DNA of 64,000 nucleotides from Catajapyx aquilonaris (Eukaryota). How positions within the stretch are numbered: the stretch's first letter is position 1; each line of letters begins with the position of its first letter. The notes beneath the pieces were generated by a model, which was given only the letters and a program-made list of their open reading frames with translations, searched no databases and was not told where the DNA came from. The stretch spans positions 62,001 through 126,000 of the forward strand of contig KZ538007.1 in NCBI GenBank assembly GCA_000934665.2, in the 5' to 3' direction. Shown here piece by piece: positions 38,601-51,300 of this stretch. A program made the translations under genes and the position numbers.

Positions 38601-41029
38601 GTCACCTGTTATCCGGCTTGGTTGCGAGTCGAAGCATGTCATAGCTAATCTGTGCCACGTGCTGCGTTAATCCCATGCGCACTGCCAGCCATATTTGACA
38701 ATAATGTTGACCTAATGTCTCTCAACTCGGGAGTATAATATCCTCTCCCAAGAAGTTGAGACGGGCAAAATTGTCCCAACGTGCCGGGCTATAACTTTTC
38801 CAATTCCCTTCTCGATAAAGGAACACAAACTTCTTCTCCTCGGACACCTTCTTGCCGGATTACGTCTCGGTTCCTCCACCCTCCCACCACCCACCCATTT
38901 TCGTCTTTGCTTCCCTTCCATCATAAAACGATCCCCAACCCCCCTCTTCCCTACCACCACCCTCACTCCTGAGCTTTTCCTCCCTACAATCCTGCTGACC
39001 TCATCTCTTGGGCTCCAGCCATCTTGGACCCCATAAGCCAATCCAGGCTCCCAGGCCCGGAGACGAGGATTGAGGGTGGTAGGGAGGGGGTGGGGGTAGA
39101 GGAGAAGCCTTTCCTGTATTTGCATTGCGGAAGGTGGAAGGAAGGAAGGCGCCGGTTTCTGAATAATTGAGTGCCACCCTGGGAAAGCTTTTGCTACGTA
39201 CAAGGAGGATACTCCAAAATGGAAAAGCACGCCGGAAAGTCCAACACGAGGATTCATGGGACTCATTCTCCCAGGACTCATTGATAGAGGCGATGTATTT
39301 ACCTTTAATTTTAGTCACCGAAAGTCAGGAGTCAACATATGCATGGTATCTAAATATGCAGGATGATGGAGATTGTTAGAATTGTTTGTGGGCGTGAAGC
39401 AACTGTGTGTGTAACAGGAACATGAGAACACGTGACGTCCTGAATTGAATCGGAGAAGCGCTCCATACTGTCCCAGTTTCTCGTAGCCGAGAGAGAAAAT
39501 AAGCAAGTGCTGGCTTAATGTATTCTTTGCCTCTGATGATGAATCAGTTAATATGTTTGTGGGTGGGAACCAAGTTTGAGTGGGAAGAAGTCACACAACT
39601 AATGATATCTGGTTGTTATAAGATACAAAGGCGGTACAGATGAAAATAGAAACGAAGAGGTGGTGTATCCCTTTGTCTGTGTCCCAGGCCCCAAGGCTTG
39701 GGTGACCATTGTATGAGAGAATGAGACGAAGCTAAAGGGAGCAGGAAACATGCTCTTCCCCAATGAACTGAATCCTGGGATATAACGCTTGGGGCTAGGA
39801 AAACTTCCGGCTGGTCTTGAACGGCAGCCATTTGTGTAACGTTTTACACTTTCCAGGGCCAAAGTAGCAAAATTATGAAAATGAATAAAGCATGACTTCC
39901 TGAAGGGAACAGTCGAGTTCGTTGGGTGAACGTAAGTAAGCACACAAATTGCAAATTCAGCTTGTGCGACTGGAATAAGTTTCCCTCATCTTTATTACAG
40001 GTTAATAAGGCTAATTAGTCGGAATTAGTCCCGAGCTGTGTGATTCAATACGGACATGCAGCAGCTATGATTACTTTTGTTTAAATTCCCGGCGGCAATT
40101 TAGTTTGGAGTAAATCTGGCTCGACTCCGACCCCGCCTAAAAGTTGCACTTTAGTGTTTATCAATTTAGCGTAGTTCCACGCAGTGGCGCCAAAATTTGT
40201 CCGTAGGTTAAAATCGCCTCCCAAAGTTCGGCTTGGAAAACAATGAGACGCGAAAAGCGATAGGTATACAACGACAAACTAACCGCCGACACATTCCTGT
40301 GTTCCAGGAAACTCCCAAAACCATCAGAAAGTGCTGCACAACGCAGGTAAATCCATGGAGGGATCCAATATTAAACATTCCATATTATCTGCTCCCTTCA
40401 CTTGCATTAAAATCGGCCAATAATTTCGCCAACTTCCGACGAGACCGTAATTACGTGTAAAACTTGCGGGGGGTGGGGGGGGGGGGGGTGNNNNNGCGGG
40501 GGGGGGGGGAAAGGAAGGGAAGCGGCGTTGGGGACGATTGTTCCTCGGCTATATCATCAGTGAGAGAGATACGAAATAATTTACTTTTGCTGCACTGCAT
40601 ATAGGATGGACTCTAAGCGCCATAACGAGATGATTTTGAGGTGGAAATTGCCGTGTGAAACGGGACGTAATTTTCAGGAAATTTTGTTTGAAGGATGATA
40701 AATGCGTCCCTCGGCCTCTAATAGCGGAAATTCTGTACCGTAGGAACGTTACGTACGTACTAAACTGGATTATTGCAAGTGATTTTTGGGCACGCGAGTG
40801 TTTCCCGCGATTATAATTAGGAAATATCTCATTCTGGCTATCGTCGTGAGCATTGCCGCCGAACGTTGCGCTCTATCAGGCCAGACCTATTTTGCACTTT
40901 ATACATTAATCTGCGCTTGATAATGTATCTATACACATGCATAACGCAATGAACTATATGATGTTGGGTTCTAGAGAATGTTACCTCTACCCGAATATGA
41001 GATACTGGTATGTAGGCTGCAGTGCTGCG

Positions 41030-41332
41030 CACACTGAAAAATTTTATTCGGGTATGTACTATATAGCTCAAAAAGATAAGAGACGATTGGCATTTGATTC
41101 AAGTGCAAGTTGCACTTGAGTCAAATGCAAAATCGTCTCTATCTTTTTGGGCGATATAGTACACACAAATGAAAATATTGACTGAGTGAATAAATTTATT
41201 CACTACACTACATAAAACATTTATTTACCTGTCCGAAAATATAGGCCTCAGTGAATATTTGTATGCAGCTTAGTGAATATTTATGCATCTTCGTGAATAT
41301 TTGTATGCATATTAGTGAATATTGTTAAACAT
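41030..41332. mobile_element. Palindrome-rich non-autonomous element; boundaries approximate
   Basis: Loopless imperfect hairpin 41055-41163 centred on aagtgcaa-g-ttgcactt. Perfect 20-bp palindrome AGTGAATAAATTTATTCACT (41185-41204). Four ~21-bp GTGAATATT-containing tandem units at 41250-41323. Confidence 0.6.
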
Positions 41333-43408
41333 TTAAATTGTTCGGAACACTTTTCGGAACTTGTATGCCAATTTACTTCGTCGTTTATTAATTTGTGTTA
41401 TTTCTCTGTTAAGTTCATAATCTGCCGCTAAGTTTGGAAGAATCCAAGCGTTTTCCGAGCATAGTGGACGAAAAGGGGAGGAATTTTCCGCCAGACTAAT
41501 TGCATCAGGAATTTCCATGGAAGCAGGTGCATGGCAAGATTCATCATCCTGCCTTATTTCTTGTTATTTCCGCCTCGGCTCATATCGAACCGTTGTGCTT
41601 CTGCTTTGTTAGTTTGCACACTTTGCTGCGTTTTCCGTCAAATTATTAGACATTTCTGTCCTCGCCGTGTCACGTCAGACGTTTCCCTCCTCGCCTTTCT
41701 TCTCGCCGATTTTTTTTTCTCTCTAGGATTTTGCTAATTATCGCGGCAAGGCCAGAAAACTCATCCATCTCTAGAGTAGTGTTTCATACTGTACAACGTG
41801 CGCTAGATCCTCCCTACCTCCCCACCCTCATCTTCTCTGATGATGTGCTTAACGGTTCTGCTCAGAGTCCATTAAGCCTGGATTACTCCCAGAAAAAAAG
41901 AATGTACTACAGAATAAATTGCATGTCTCGTTATATCGTACTTGCATTTGAGTTTCGATCAGCACCGAATAATATTCAACACATCGTTTGGATGCTTACC
42001 GACCCGGATCAAAATTATACAATACATAGGTGGTAATTTTAATTAGTACTTTTCCTACAGAGTACAATGCGTAAACCGCATCAAATGAGCTCCAAAAGTA
42101 GTGGTTTCTCTGTGATGATCAGACACGTATTCATGCCAATGTAATGTTGTTGCAAGCCGGCCGCAACGTTTGCATACCACTAGTCCGGCTCCAATAACAC
42201 TTTTGTTGGATCACTCGGATGCAACAAAAGCCAACTGGGCATAGAGCACAGGTGATTCAAATCAAATCACTTTTTTTTTTTTACAAAAGCTGTCCACGCA
42301 GAGATGATATTGCAACTGTTTCAAATCAAGGGAGTGTAAGGATGGGTGGTTCAAACAATAATAGTTCCACTCTACGAACATAATTATGCAGTTGTGGGTG
42401 ACGGAAAATATTGCGTTTTGAGACACGCAGTATGCAGCGTTCATTTTTCTTGGACTCTCATCTACAGTTCTGGCACCAGTGTTCCAGTCCCCAAAAAACG
42501 GAAAGGCAGTGTCCCGAATTTATGCGGTAATTCCGCGCAATTTCCTGACGTGTGTTGGCAATCTCCGCCGATAGGAAGCGCTTCGTCACTGCATGGGCCT
42601 TGTCCTGCTTCACTGAGATATTCTGCCTCTGTCATACGACTGCAAAACGCCAAATTTATTTATCTTAAAAAAGTGTCTCTCATCTTAAAAAAAAAGTGGC
42701 TTACTTCAGTTTAAGCAATAAAGCCAGAGTATGAACTACTAATTTGAACTTCTACAGCCATGCATTTAGGGGACTGCCGCCAGAAGTTTTGATAACGGAT
42801 TAAAGCTGTTAGAGTATACTAGTAGAGAGAGGAGGGGTGGGGTAGATAGAACGGTTTAAAAAAGTCTCCAACTGGACTTGGGCAGATGTCCTTATAGGCT
42901 TATGGAATTTGGAGTGTCAGAGTACCTGGAATCGGATTTCCATTTCATTAAGGCAATCCTGTATGTTCATGCGAAATGTTCTTAATGGAACGTGTATTGA
43001 TTTTATCTTCTCTCGGAGCAAGTTAATATTGAATGGACGCTGAAGGATTTAGAGAGCTCGGAATAATCAAGAAGCACAAACTAAAAGGACACTGCGGTCG
43101 GTTTGTGGAAATAAAACAAGTGGTTTTTACGATAGATGAACCCCAGCTTCTTGCTCTATATTCTCGCTGTCGTCAAAAATTTATGCAATATCCCAACAAA
43201 CAGAAACCAAAAAGGATCTCTTCCAGCATTTATTTTGGGGTGTATCACGATAATTTATAGTGATACTTGTTCCTAATTATATTATACGAAAAGGTGAATC
43301 TCATTTGTTGTCCGAATAGTTTGTACTGTAGTATCCCACACTGCATAACGTCTCATAAAATGCGACCTCTCCCCCTCCACTTCACACCAGACATCCTAAG
43401 GCCCTAAG

Positions 43409-43462
43409 CCATCTGATTGGTGGAGCAGAGGCCCCTCACCCTCTGCTCCACCAATCAGATGG
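43409..43462. repeat. Perfect 23-bp inverted repeat with 8-nt loop
   Basis: CCATCTGATTGGTGGAGCAGAGG-cccctcac-CCTCTGCTCCACCAATCAGATGG. Confidence 0.95.
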
Positions 43463-44583
43463 GTGGGTACAGTGATGTGCAAAAGAAATGCTCTTTTGAA
43501 ACCCGCAATATTGATGACATGCATATTTTTTGAGAAGTTAGGATGTGGGTACTATAAATGTCAGCCTGATTTATAAATAAATAAATATTTTGCCTAAACA
43601 AACGGCACCTTTTCCGTCAATGACAACATTCGAATTTAAACGACATAACACTTATCTACCTAACATTCGTCACAACCGACAGCAGCAGGAACAGCCCTGA
43701 ATACACGTCTCTTTCCTGGCTGAATATTACGCCTCCAAAAAGCATGTTTACAATGAAACTGGACTCGCAATTGTCACCTGAACCCCCCTCGATAGAACAA
43801 AACAATTGCATGTTGTGTGAAATGGTTTTAAAAGCACGTCAGCCTTGTGTACGTGGATGACAAAGGTGAGTACGTCCCCTGTCCAGTCTTCTAAAACCGC
43901 GACGGTACGTTTGGTTGGTCCTAGCATTAGGCCAGTGTTTGCAAATCAGGTTTCTAGCTTCCGTATAATTTACGTGCAAAGTAAAAGTAAATCGTTGGGC
44001 GTCCGACAGCTGCCTGAGGAGAAAGTATCTACTTGTCGGATTCAATTCTACCCTACAGTGATCCTAATTCCTATTCTCCCCCCATTGATGTCCGATTTAC
44101 ACACCTGCAGAAAACCAGTGTTCCGGGAAAACTTTGGCGGAATTTTCCGGAAAAGGAAAGCCATGAATTATGTATTATTTCAGCTCATTTGGGGTGGTAG
44201 TCGCTATCGGGTAATTTTGTATCATCGTTTGAAGCCTGGAATGAGGCTGAAAAATGCAGATTTTCTGGCATTGCATGAGTAAGCTTCAAGCGGGTTTTGG
44301 ATGCTTTTTGTCCAACTTTTGATTAGTTCAGAAATCGGCTTCTGTGAAAGGAAATTATCATTTTTATACCTAAGCAAGCTTACAAGCACCTTTTTTGAGT
44401 TCACCGTAACACCTGTTTCTGATGCTTGATGATTATTACCTACCGAACCTAACACTTGAAACAAAAAAAATCAGCTAGAAATATTATCCAATCACGTCAT
44501 ATTAGCTAGGATCAAAAAGAAAAATAACGCTATGTTCAAATTTTAAAATTAAACTATATAATAGTGTCTGAAGCATATCATCA

Positions 44584-44817
44584 CAAGGGTCGAAACTTTT
44601 AAAAAAAAATCCAGGTGCAATGTTTGCACTCCAGACTTTCATCTGGAGTGCATTGCTTACTTGGAGTGTTTAATTTTGATTTGCTGAGTTTACCCATGTT
44701 AAAAAGCAAGACCAATATTGGAGTGCAATCTTTGCACTCCAAAAGGCTCAGTTTGGAATGCAGATAACAATTTTGGAGTGCAAATTGCCTCTTTGCATCC
44801 GAATATTTCGACCCCTG
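44584..44817. mobile_element. hAT-like MITE with repeated GGAGTGCA/TGCACTCC motifs
   Basis: caagggtcgaaa (44584-44595) and tttcgacccctg (44806-44817) match at 11/12. Multiple ggagtgca/tgcactcc motifs inside. No clean 8-bp TSD. Confidence 0.65.
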
Positions 44818-45968
44818 TTATCAATAAAATGCAGGTATGCATGTAATTACGTTAAGAGTGCTTACAGGATTATCAGAAAATCCTTAGAGCGAATAAACGA
44901 TAAGGCTGCTGAGTGATAGGCTAGAATATCGGAATGGCAGTAGCGTGAAATAGAATGCAAAAATGGCAGTAAGCTTAGCACGACTGACAACACCCCAATG
45001 TTGGCAACTCTCTAGCACACTATAGCCAGAAGCTTACAGCAGCAGTCAGTTTGAATGCTGAGATGAAGCCAACAAAAGTGCAGCCTACTTGAAGCAGCCC
45101 AAAAGTGGAGAATGTAATATTTTCCGGGGAGCTAGGCACTACCCGAATGCCTTTTAGGCCTGATAAAAGCCAGCCTGATAGAAGCTCCACTGGTGTCCAA
45201 ATTGAACCGATTAGGCCGCAAAATGTACGAGTTGGGCACGTTTACAATATAAGCCAGGCCGGCAAATTGAGGTATTCGTAGTGCATTATGCAGCTAGCTA
45301 GGTAAAAGGGGGTGGGGGGGGGGGATCCTTTTTATGAAAATGGACTGCTTCTTCCTGCCCCGTGGTCCTAATGAGTGCCAGGCGCAGCAACGGGGGGGGA
45401 TAAATGCTCGGCACGTGCCATAATCCTGCCTCTGGTGGTGTGAAGTTGTTGCTGCTCGGAGGACAAAGGTCGCGCCTCCCAAGGAAGTGGCAGCCATTTT
45501 GGGCTTCCATGTCACGTCGCCAGCTCTCCAGAAGCGTCGTTTGGGCTTGGCCGCCCAGGGGAAACGAAAAGAGTGGATGCAGATAAAGAGGACGGGGTAG
45601 CAGGAACGTAGAAAGAAAAGAACGGGAAAAAAATATATATAAGAAAAGGAATGGAAGTCGGAGGGAAAAGGAGGAAGAAAGATCATCCGTGCCAGAAGTC
45701 GAATATTATCCGAGAGGTGAATAAGACTGTACGCTAACGTGCATTGGACGGCAGGTGGTTCAAATGGCGGAGGCAGCGGTTTCGACATGCTGGGGAGTGA
45801 CCTGTGCTGGATTCAACCGTACGTGGTTTACCATGGTTCAGCTAATATTCACTTGATTTACTACGGGGTCACCAGGGTTTCACTTCCTTAACCAGAAGCA
45901 CTGAGTGTCTGACACGTTGTCAAAATTGTTTCACCTCTGCTCTAACCAAGCTCTGCCTCTCTGAAATA

Positions 45969-46392
45969 CATGGTGTTCCAAGTTCGTGGGTTGTTTTTAG
46001 TTCTCACTGATATCGCCCGAAGTAGTTATTTTTTGTAGCTTGTTGTGCTCCGATCCAGGTGCCTCAGGTGGTAGAAAGTAGCAGTTTCAATAGAATATGG
46101 CACCTGGATCGGGGCGCAACAAGCTACAAAAAAAAACAGCTTCGAGCGATATCAATGATAACTAAAAGCGACCCAAGTTCATGGGGCCTTTCAGTTACAG
46201 GAAATTTAGCTCGAAGCTGTTATTTTTTTGTACAGCTTGTTGTGCTCCGATGCAGGTGCCCCATTACTCCCAGGTGGTCGAATGTAGCAGTTTCGATAGA
46301 ATAGGGCACATGAGTCGGGGCTCAACAAGCTACAAAAAATAACAGCTTCGAGCGAAATTCCCATAACTAAAAGGCACATCCAAATGTTGGAA
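45969..46392. mobile_element. Head-to-tail dimer of Tc1/mariner-type hairpin MITEs (same family as 54892-55108)
   Basis: Starts TA|CATGGTGTTCCAAGTTCGTGGG. Unit 1 (~45969-46175) and unit 2 (~46173-46392) are each palindromic around the same loop, caggtggt.gaa.gtagcagtttc.atagaat. Confidence 0.85.
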
Positions 46393-47630
46393 GGAATTTG
46401 TTTTACTAATATCTCACTTCTCTCAACATGTAATTCAATAATGTTATGGACTGTTCCTAAGTCTCCAACTGACTCATTTTAAAGGTTGACAGTGATTACT
46501 ACGCCACTTTGAGTTCTACACTTAGTTTTTTTGTTACAAGTTGCCAACTAGTTCGGATGAATACAACCCGTCCGACCTCACCTTCCCGGTCATTAGGCAC
46601 CATGGAACCATCCAGCTCAAAGTGCCCGCCCCCATATTTATCACGTGGCAAATTCCGGCGTCACAATAAGAGTCGTTTTGTACTGGAAATTGGACTTGTT
46701 TGAGTGTCAGCGCCGGAGTCTAAGAGCGCAACTCAATACCGTTCTAATTATTTAGCAAGACGAGAAAGACAAATCGTACACTCCTCAGCACGACAAGCTA
46801 AAATATCGCACTTCACTATGCAGCCGTCCCCATCTCCATATATTGCACCATAGGCCTGCAAGTCACTGTAGATAGCTTCCCGGCGTCTCAGGTAATGTCG
46901 TAATAATTTCGCAAGGAAGTCAAATGAGAGTTGTCTCTGACGGGTAGTTAGGGAATTATTCCCAGGAATTCAATTAAGTCCATGCACTAGGCCACATTAA
47001 GCTTTTGACAAGCGCCTACCGCGTCTCGATGGGACGGCGCCGACTTGCGTCTAAGCCAATGACAAGCCTCAAGTTGGGCCTATACTTGTCTAGAATGACT
47101 TGTCAAAATGAGCGATAATGATGGCTCCAGACTAAACGGAGGTCATCTTCAACTGCATGGGTTCCTTTTTTTTTTGTTAGTTCCCTTATTTTTCATTTTC
47201 TGTGGGAAAATATACGCGGAAGTATTCAAGGCAGATTTGTTACATGGCCATTCTTTCCCTGCTTCTTGTTTTTGTTTTCCTTTGCTTCTTTGCGCTTATT
47301 TAAGTTTCCCCGAGATTGGATTTCCGAGTTTGGTCCACGGTACTTTCAGAGAAGAGCTGCCTGTTTTGTTGTTTTTTTTGCTTCTTTCCTGAGGATGTTG
47401 TTTGGGTGGAGTGGTGTAGTTGTTGCGAATTTGAATTTCAATCGCAACAGAGTGATTTTTTTTTATGGAAGCGGCCCCTGCAGGAAAAGCAAAATTGCAT
47501 ATGTAATCTGTTAATGCAGAGTTCTGTTCGTTTAAGAAAGCGTTGCGTAATTGCGTTTCGAGAACTGTATTATAAAAAATAAATTGCTATGATCTCTCTG
47601 CGCACCTACGCCTACAGCTTTTTTTTGGGG

Positions 47631-47632
<2 letters not shown>

Positions 47633-47695
<63 letters not shown>
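47633..47695. repeat. (GA)n microsatellite
   Basis: Direct dinucleotide run. Confidence 0.99.
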
Positions 47696-47697
<2 letters not shown>

Positions 47698-47778
47698 ATG
47701 CAATTAATTCCGACAGAATAAAATACACGTATCAGGGAATTGCTGCAGTTGCTGCCTTGAGGCATAGTCTATCGCATT

Positions 47779-48059
47779 GCTGGCACTGGTGGTCTGGTGG
47801 TTAGCGCGCTCGCCTTTAGACCCAAAGTTGTGGGTTCGAACCCGGCCTAGGTCGGTGACTTTTCTCCGGGTGGTAGAAAAGTCAGAGTGCGCCTTCCTTC
47901 AGAGGGGCAGTAAAGCCGTCGGTGCCGTGTGCTTGTGACATTGCGTGAGTGCACGTTAAAGATCCCCAGAGTGGCCAAATTTCCAGGAGGAGGACCACCC
48001 CCTGACGTCGGTGTTTAGCCTTAGCAGCAGAAATATGCCGACGTTAAGCTCCACTGATA
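47779..48059 (+). mobile_element. tRNA-derived SINE (family C) with Nin/Deu-domain-like core, 13-bp TSD
   Basis: A-box TGGTCTGGTGG (47790-47800) and B-box GGTTCGAACCC (47833-47843). Core ccttcagaggggcagtaaagccgtcgg...GCACGTTAAAGATCCCC (47951-47967). TSD AGTCTATCGCATT (47766-47778) / AGTCAATCGCATT (48060-48072), 1 mismatch. Confidence 0.88.
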
Positions 48060-48109
48060 AGTCAATCGCATTATATCCGATAGCCGTTCACTAATCAGAA
48101 TCGACAGTT

Positions 48110-48363
48110 GACATGCAAGTGAAATTTACTAATTGTAAGTTCAAAAAACTAGTTTCGAGAAAATCGAAGGCAAATATTTGACCTCGCACTTGCTTATTAT
48201 ACCAGTGAAGACAGAATATCCTGGTTTTCTGGCTCATTATGAACCTGTAGGACTAAATGGATTTTACCAGGCAATGAAGCTGAAAAATTGCTGCTTAGTG
48301 GTGTAAATAATTCAAAACGGACAAAATTGGACTTGGTGGATTTCACTTGTATGCCCCACGATA
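48110..48363 (+). mobile_element. Old MITE-like dispersed repeat, copy 2 (same family as 8092-8323)
   Basis: Inverted ends catgcaagtgaaatttac / gtggatttcacttgtatg; collinear blocks shared with 8092-8323. Confidence 0.65.
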
Positions 48364-51300
48364 TAAATAAATTTATGAACCAGTCTCAGCCCGTACAATG
48401 CATCATATCACGTAACATCCTGAAATCCTTATTTTGGTCCATGTTTCTGACACATGGATTTTCGTTGCAATTTACCCTGCAAGGGAGCCTAATTTCGAGA
48501 TTGCTAACAACCTGCAATACAGGATGCCAGGAACGGAGTAGGCTAATGCAAGGCGCTGCACATGGAATAAAGTGGGTGGAGGGTCGTAAAATGCAGAACC
48601 TTCACCCACACGCACGAAATTGTCATCACACACACCAAGTATGCAGATGAAGTACATTCTATATCTCCCGAGTGAACTGAGCACGAGAATGCCAAATGCG
48701 AGACTAGCTTATGGTAGAGCTTGTGCAGGTGAAGAGAGAAGATATTTCCCAAGGCCCAAGATGTAACTATAAGAGGAGTGGCAGAGCTTACATACTACAT
48801 GCTGAGGGTTTTCGGGGGTAGAAATCCCATTGTGAAGCTATTCCTCTTTCGGGCTCCTCCGCCGCTACCATTTCCTCATTCCCTTCTTATTCCAACTAAT
48901 TACCTTGATATTGAGCGGACCAGAAATGCATTATAACGCCGTACAATAAGGAGGCTTAAGGTGCACGGCCCAAATTTCTGAGAGAGGAACTTGTCGCCGG
49001 CAGTACTTTATTTCACCCCTTGTCTTAAGTCGGGTTCTGGAATCTTGGAAATTTGGAGTCAGATACGTGCGATGGCGTGTAATTTAGCTTATATGCTACG
49101 GACCTTTCTGCGACAAGTTGGTATTACTAATCGCGCCAACTTAAGCCGGTCAGAAGAACCGAAAGCGCACCTTCACACATTCAAAGTGCCAACAGGACTA
49201 GTTTCTGCCGACATTTCTGCGATACGGATGTAAGCTAAATTATGAAACAAGCAGTATATACTCTGTGGATATTTTTTCATGGGTTAGAACCGCTAACGCA
49301 TTTGTGTCGCAGGGCGTATGTGGTAGAGGATGTCAGATGATGGCAGGGAGCCAAAATAGTTCATCTGCACTTTCCTCATTTTGGGAGCTTTGAGGCGAGG
49401 AATCTGATTTCTCTCCACAAATAGGCTAAGCAGGGGATTCGGCTAAAGGATTTGTCGATTTTTTTTGTTCATAGGATCGGTTACTATTTGCCTGGCACGC
49501 ATAGTGCCACATTTGGACACGGAATTAATCATGCCCTTAGGTTTTACATGCCCTGCTTGATATATGCTGCTATAAAGAAGGGCATTATACAGGTACAACA
49601 CATTGACTTACTGTACTGTGCTGTTTTCCTTTGTAGCAAGGTTAACGCCCGGTAGTTTAATGCCATGTAGTAATTTGCTCCTTAAGGCGGCTAGGTCGGA
49701 TATCTGCATAAGTTATGCAGCTCATTAAATAGTCCAGCAACATCGCCACACTTCCCGTACTGTTTATGCCGGTGTCCAATTTAGATGCCTGAGGAATTAG
49801 GTGCCTGAGGAATAGAAGGACTGCAAGTATGATGCAAATAATAATCGTCATTCTCTCTACTTATCCAGCAATCCACTTATATGTTGCACCACCTGGATTA
49901 AATGATGAAAATCTGTGCATACAGTATATGCTACTGGGCCCTGTAAAGCCTGTACAAAAATCACCCGTGCTGAAGAAACTCGACCCATTATCATACACCG
50001 TCACGAGCGTTGTTTGTGGCAGGAAATCGAATTCAATTGCTTTTACCTGCGCAATCCTGTCCATGAAGTACAGGTCTGCTTGCATCTAAGTGACAGCAGT
50101 CGTGTTCGGTTACCGGCCACCAACAGTGCTTATGATAGCACATGGAATTGGGTCGGAATTTTTTTTTCACTTACCAGAAATGCATGAAGAAGCCTCGGGG
50201 GTTATAATGCTATAATGTAGTTGCATAATATAGCTGCCCTAGTGTCGCAGTCTGCATGTAACCTATATCACGGTATAGTTGCTACGTGAAATGTGTTTAC
50301 GTTGCAGTGGTTGCACGCGAGGTGGAGTTGAAAGGATGACGTGCAGGTGGCAATCATGGAAATGGAGGAGCGAGATAGGTTAATTACACTGTAAGAAACA
50401 GCATGGCCCACAATGCAAGGGATGTCGAGACCTGCTGTACTAATGCATTTCGAAAGTATGCACATTTCCACTCCAACTCTCTCCGGTAGATTATTTTCGA
50501 AGTGGAAACGCTTAATACACCATATGCACTCTGTGTAAATAAACACTTTGCATTTGTCACAGGGTACTTTACACGGCCGGAGGACTTAGGAAGTTGACAA
50601 TCCTATCCTGTATGTCTTGATTTCCTTATTCTGTCCTGTACATAATATGCATTTGCAGAGCATTCCCTTCTCTTAAAATATTTACAACGAAGGCAGTAAC
50701 CTTCGTACAACATACTGTGCATATGAAGTAATGTTCCAGCCTAATACACGCCTATATGTCGTTCAATTCCGGTAGATCTGGACAAATCTTAATGAAATGA
50801 TACCCATTATGATTTAAAATGTTCCATAGTAACATATTCTTGAAATCTTCACTCTATAGTATCATAGAAAAGGCCACATTTTTTTCAGCATTTTTTTCCT
50901 GATATTGGGCCAGGGCTGTTAGGCCATGTTATACCCTTAACAACTTAATTTTTAAATTTCATTGGAAAGTAGGGGAAAAGGGGGTGGATTGGAGAGAGAT
51001 CATTTAATAATCAAACACTTGTTAACTATATGCGGCAAAACTAAAATGGATACGGCGACAGAATGAGGTCAGCAAAAATTGTCACGCGTACACTAACTTT
51101 TATAACGTTTGGAAAATTACATTTGACGAACCTCGGCTTATACCGATGACATACAATAATTTTAGAAGGCCATACTGGTACGGGCCTGGGCCTGACATAA
51201 TAAGTGGATTAACAATGCTTTAGAATAGCCTATAATAAGGTGATACACATTACTCCCTCTATATCAGGTCCTGAACCGTAATGTAGCTCAATCAATGCCC

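Noticed and set aside
49829..50187. Possible exon after ttatccag, with overlapping open frames
   Set aside because: Open in three frames with no recognisable protein, and the donor site is weak.
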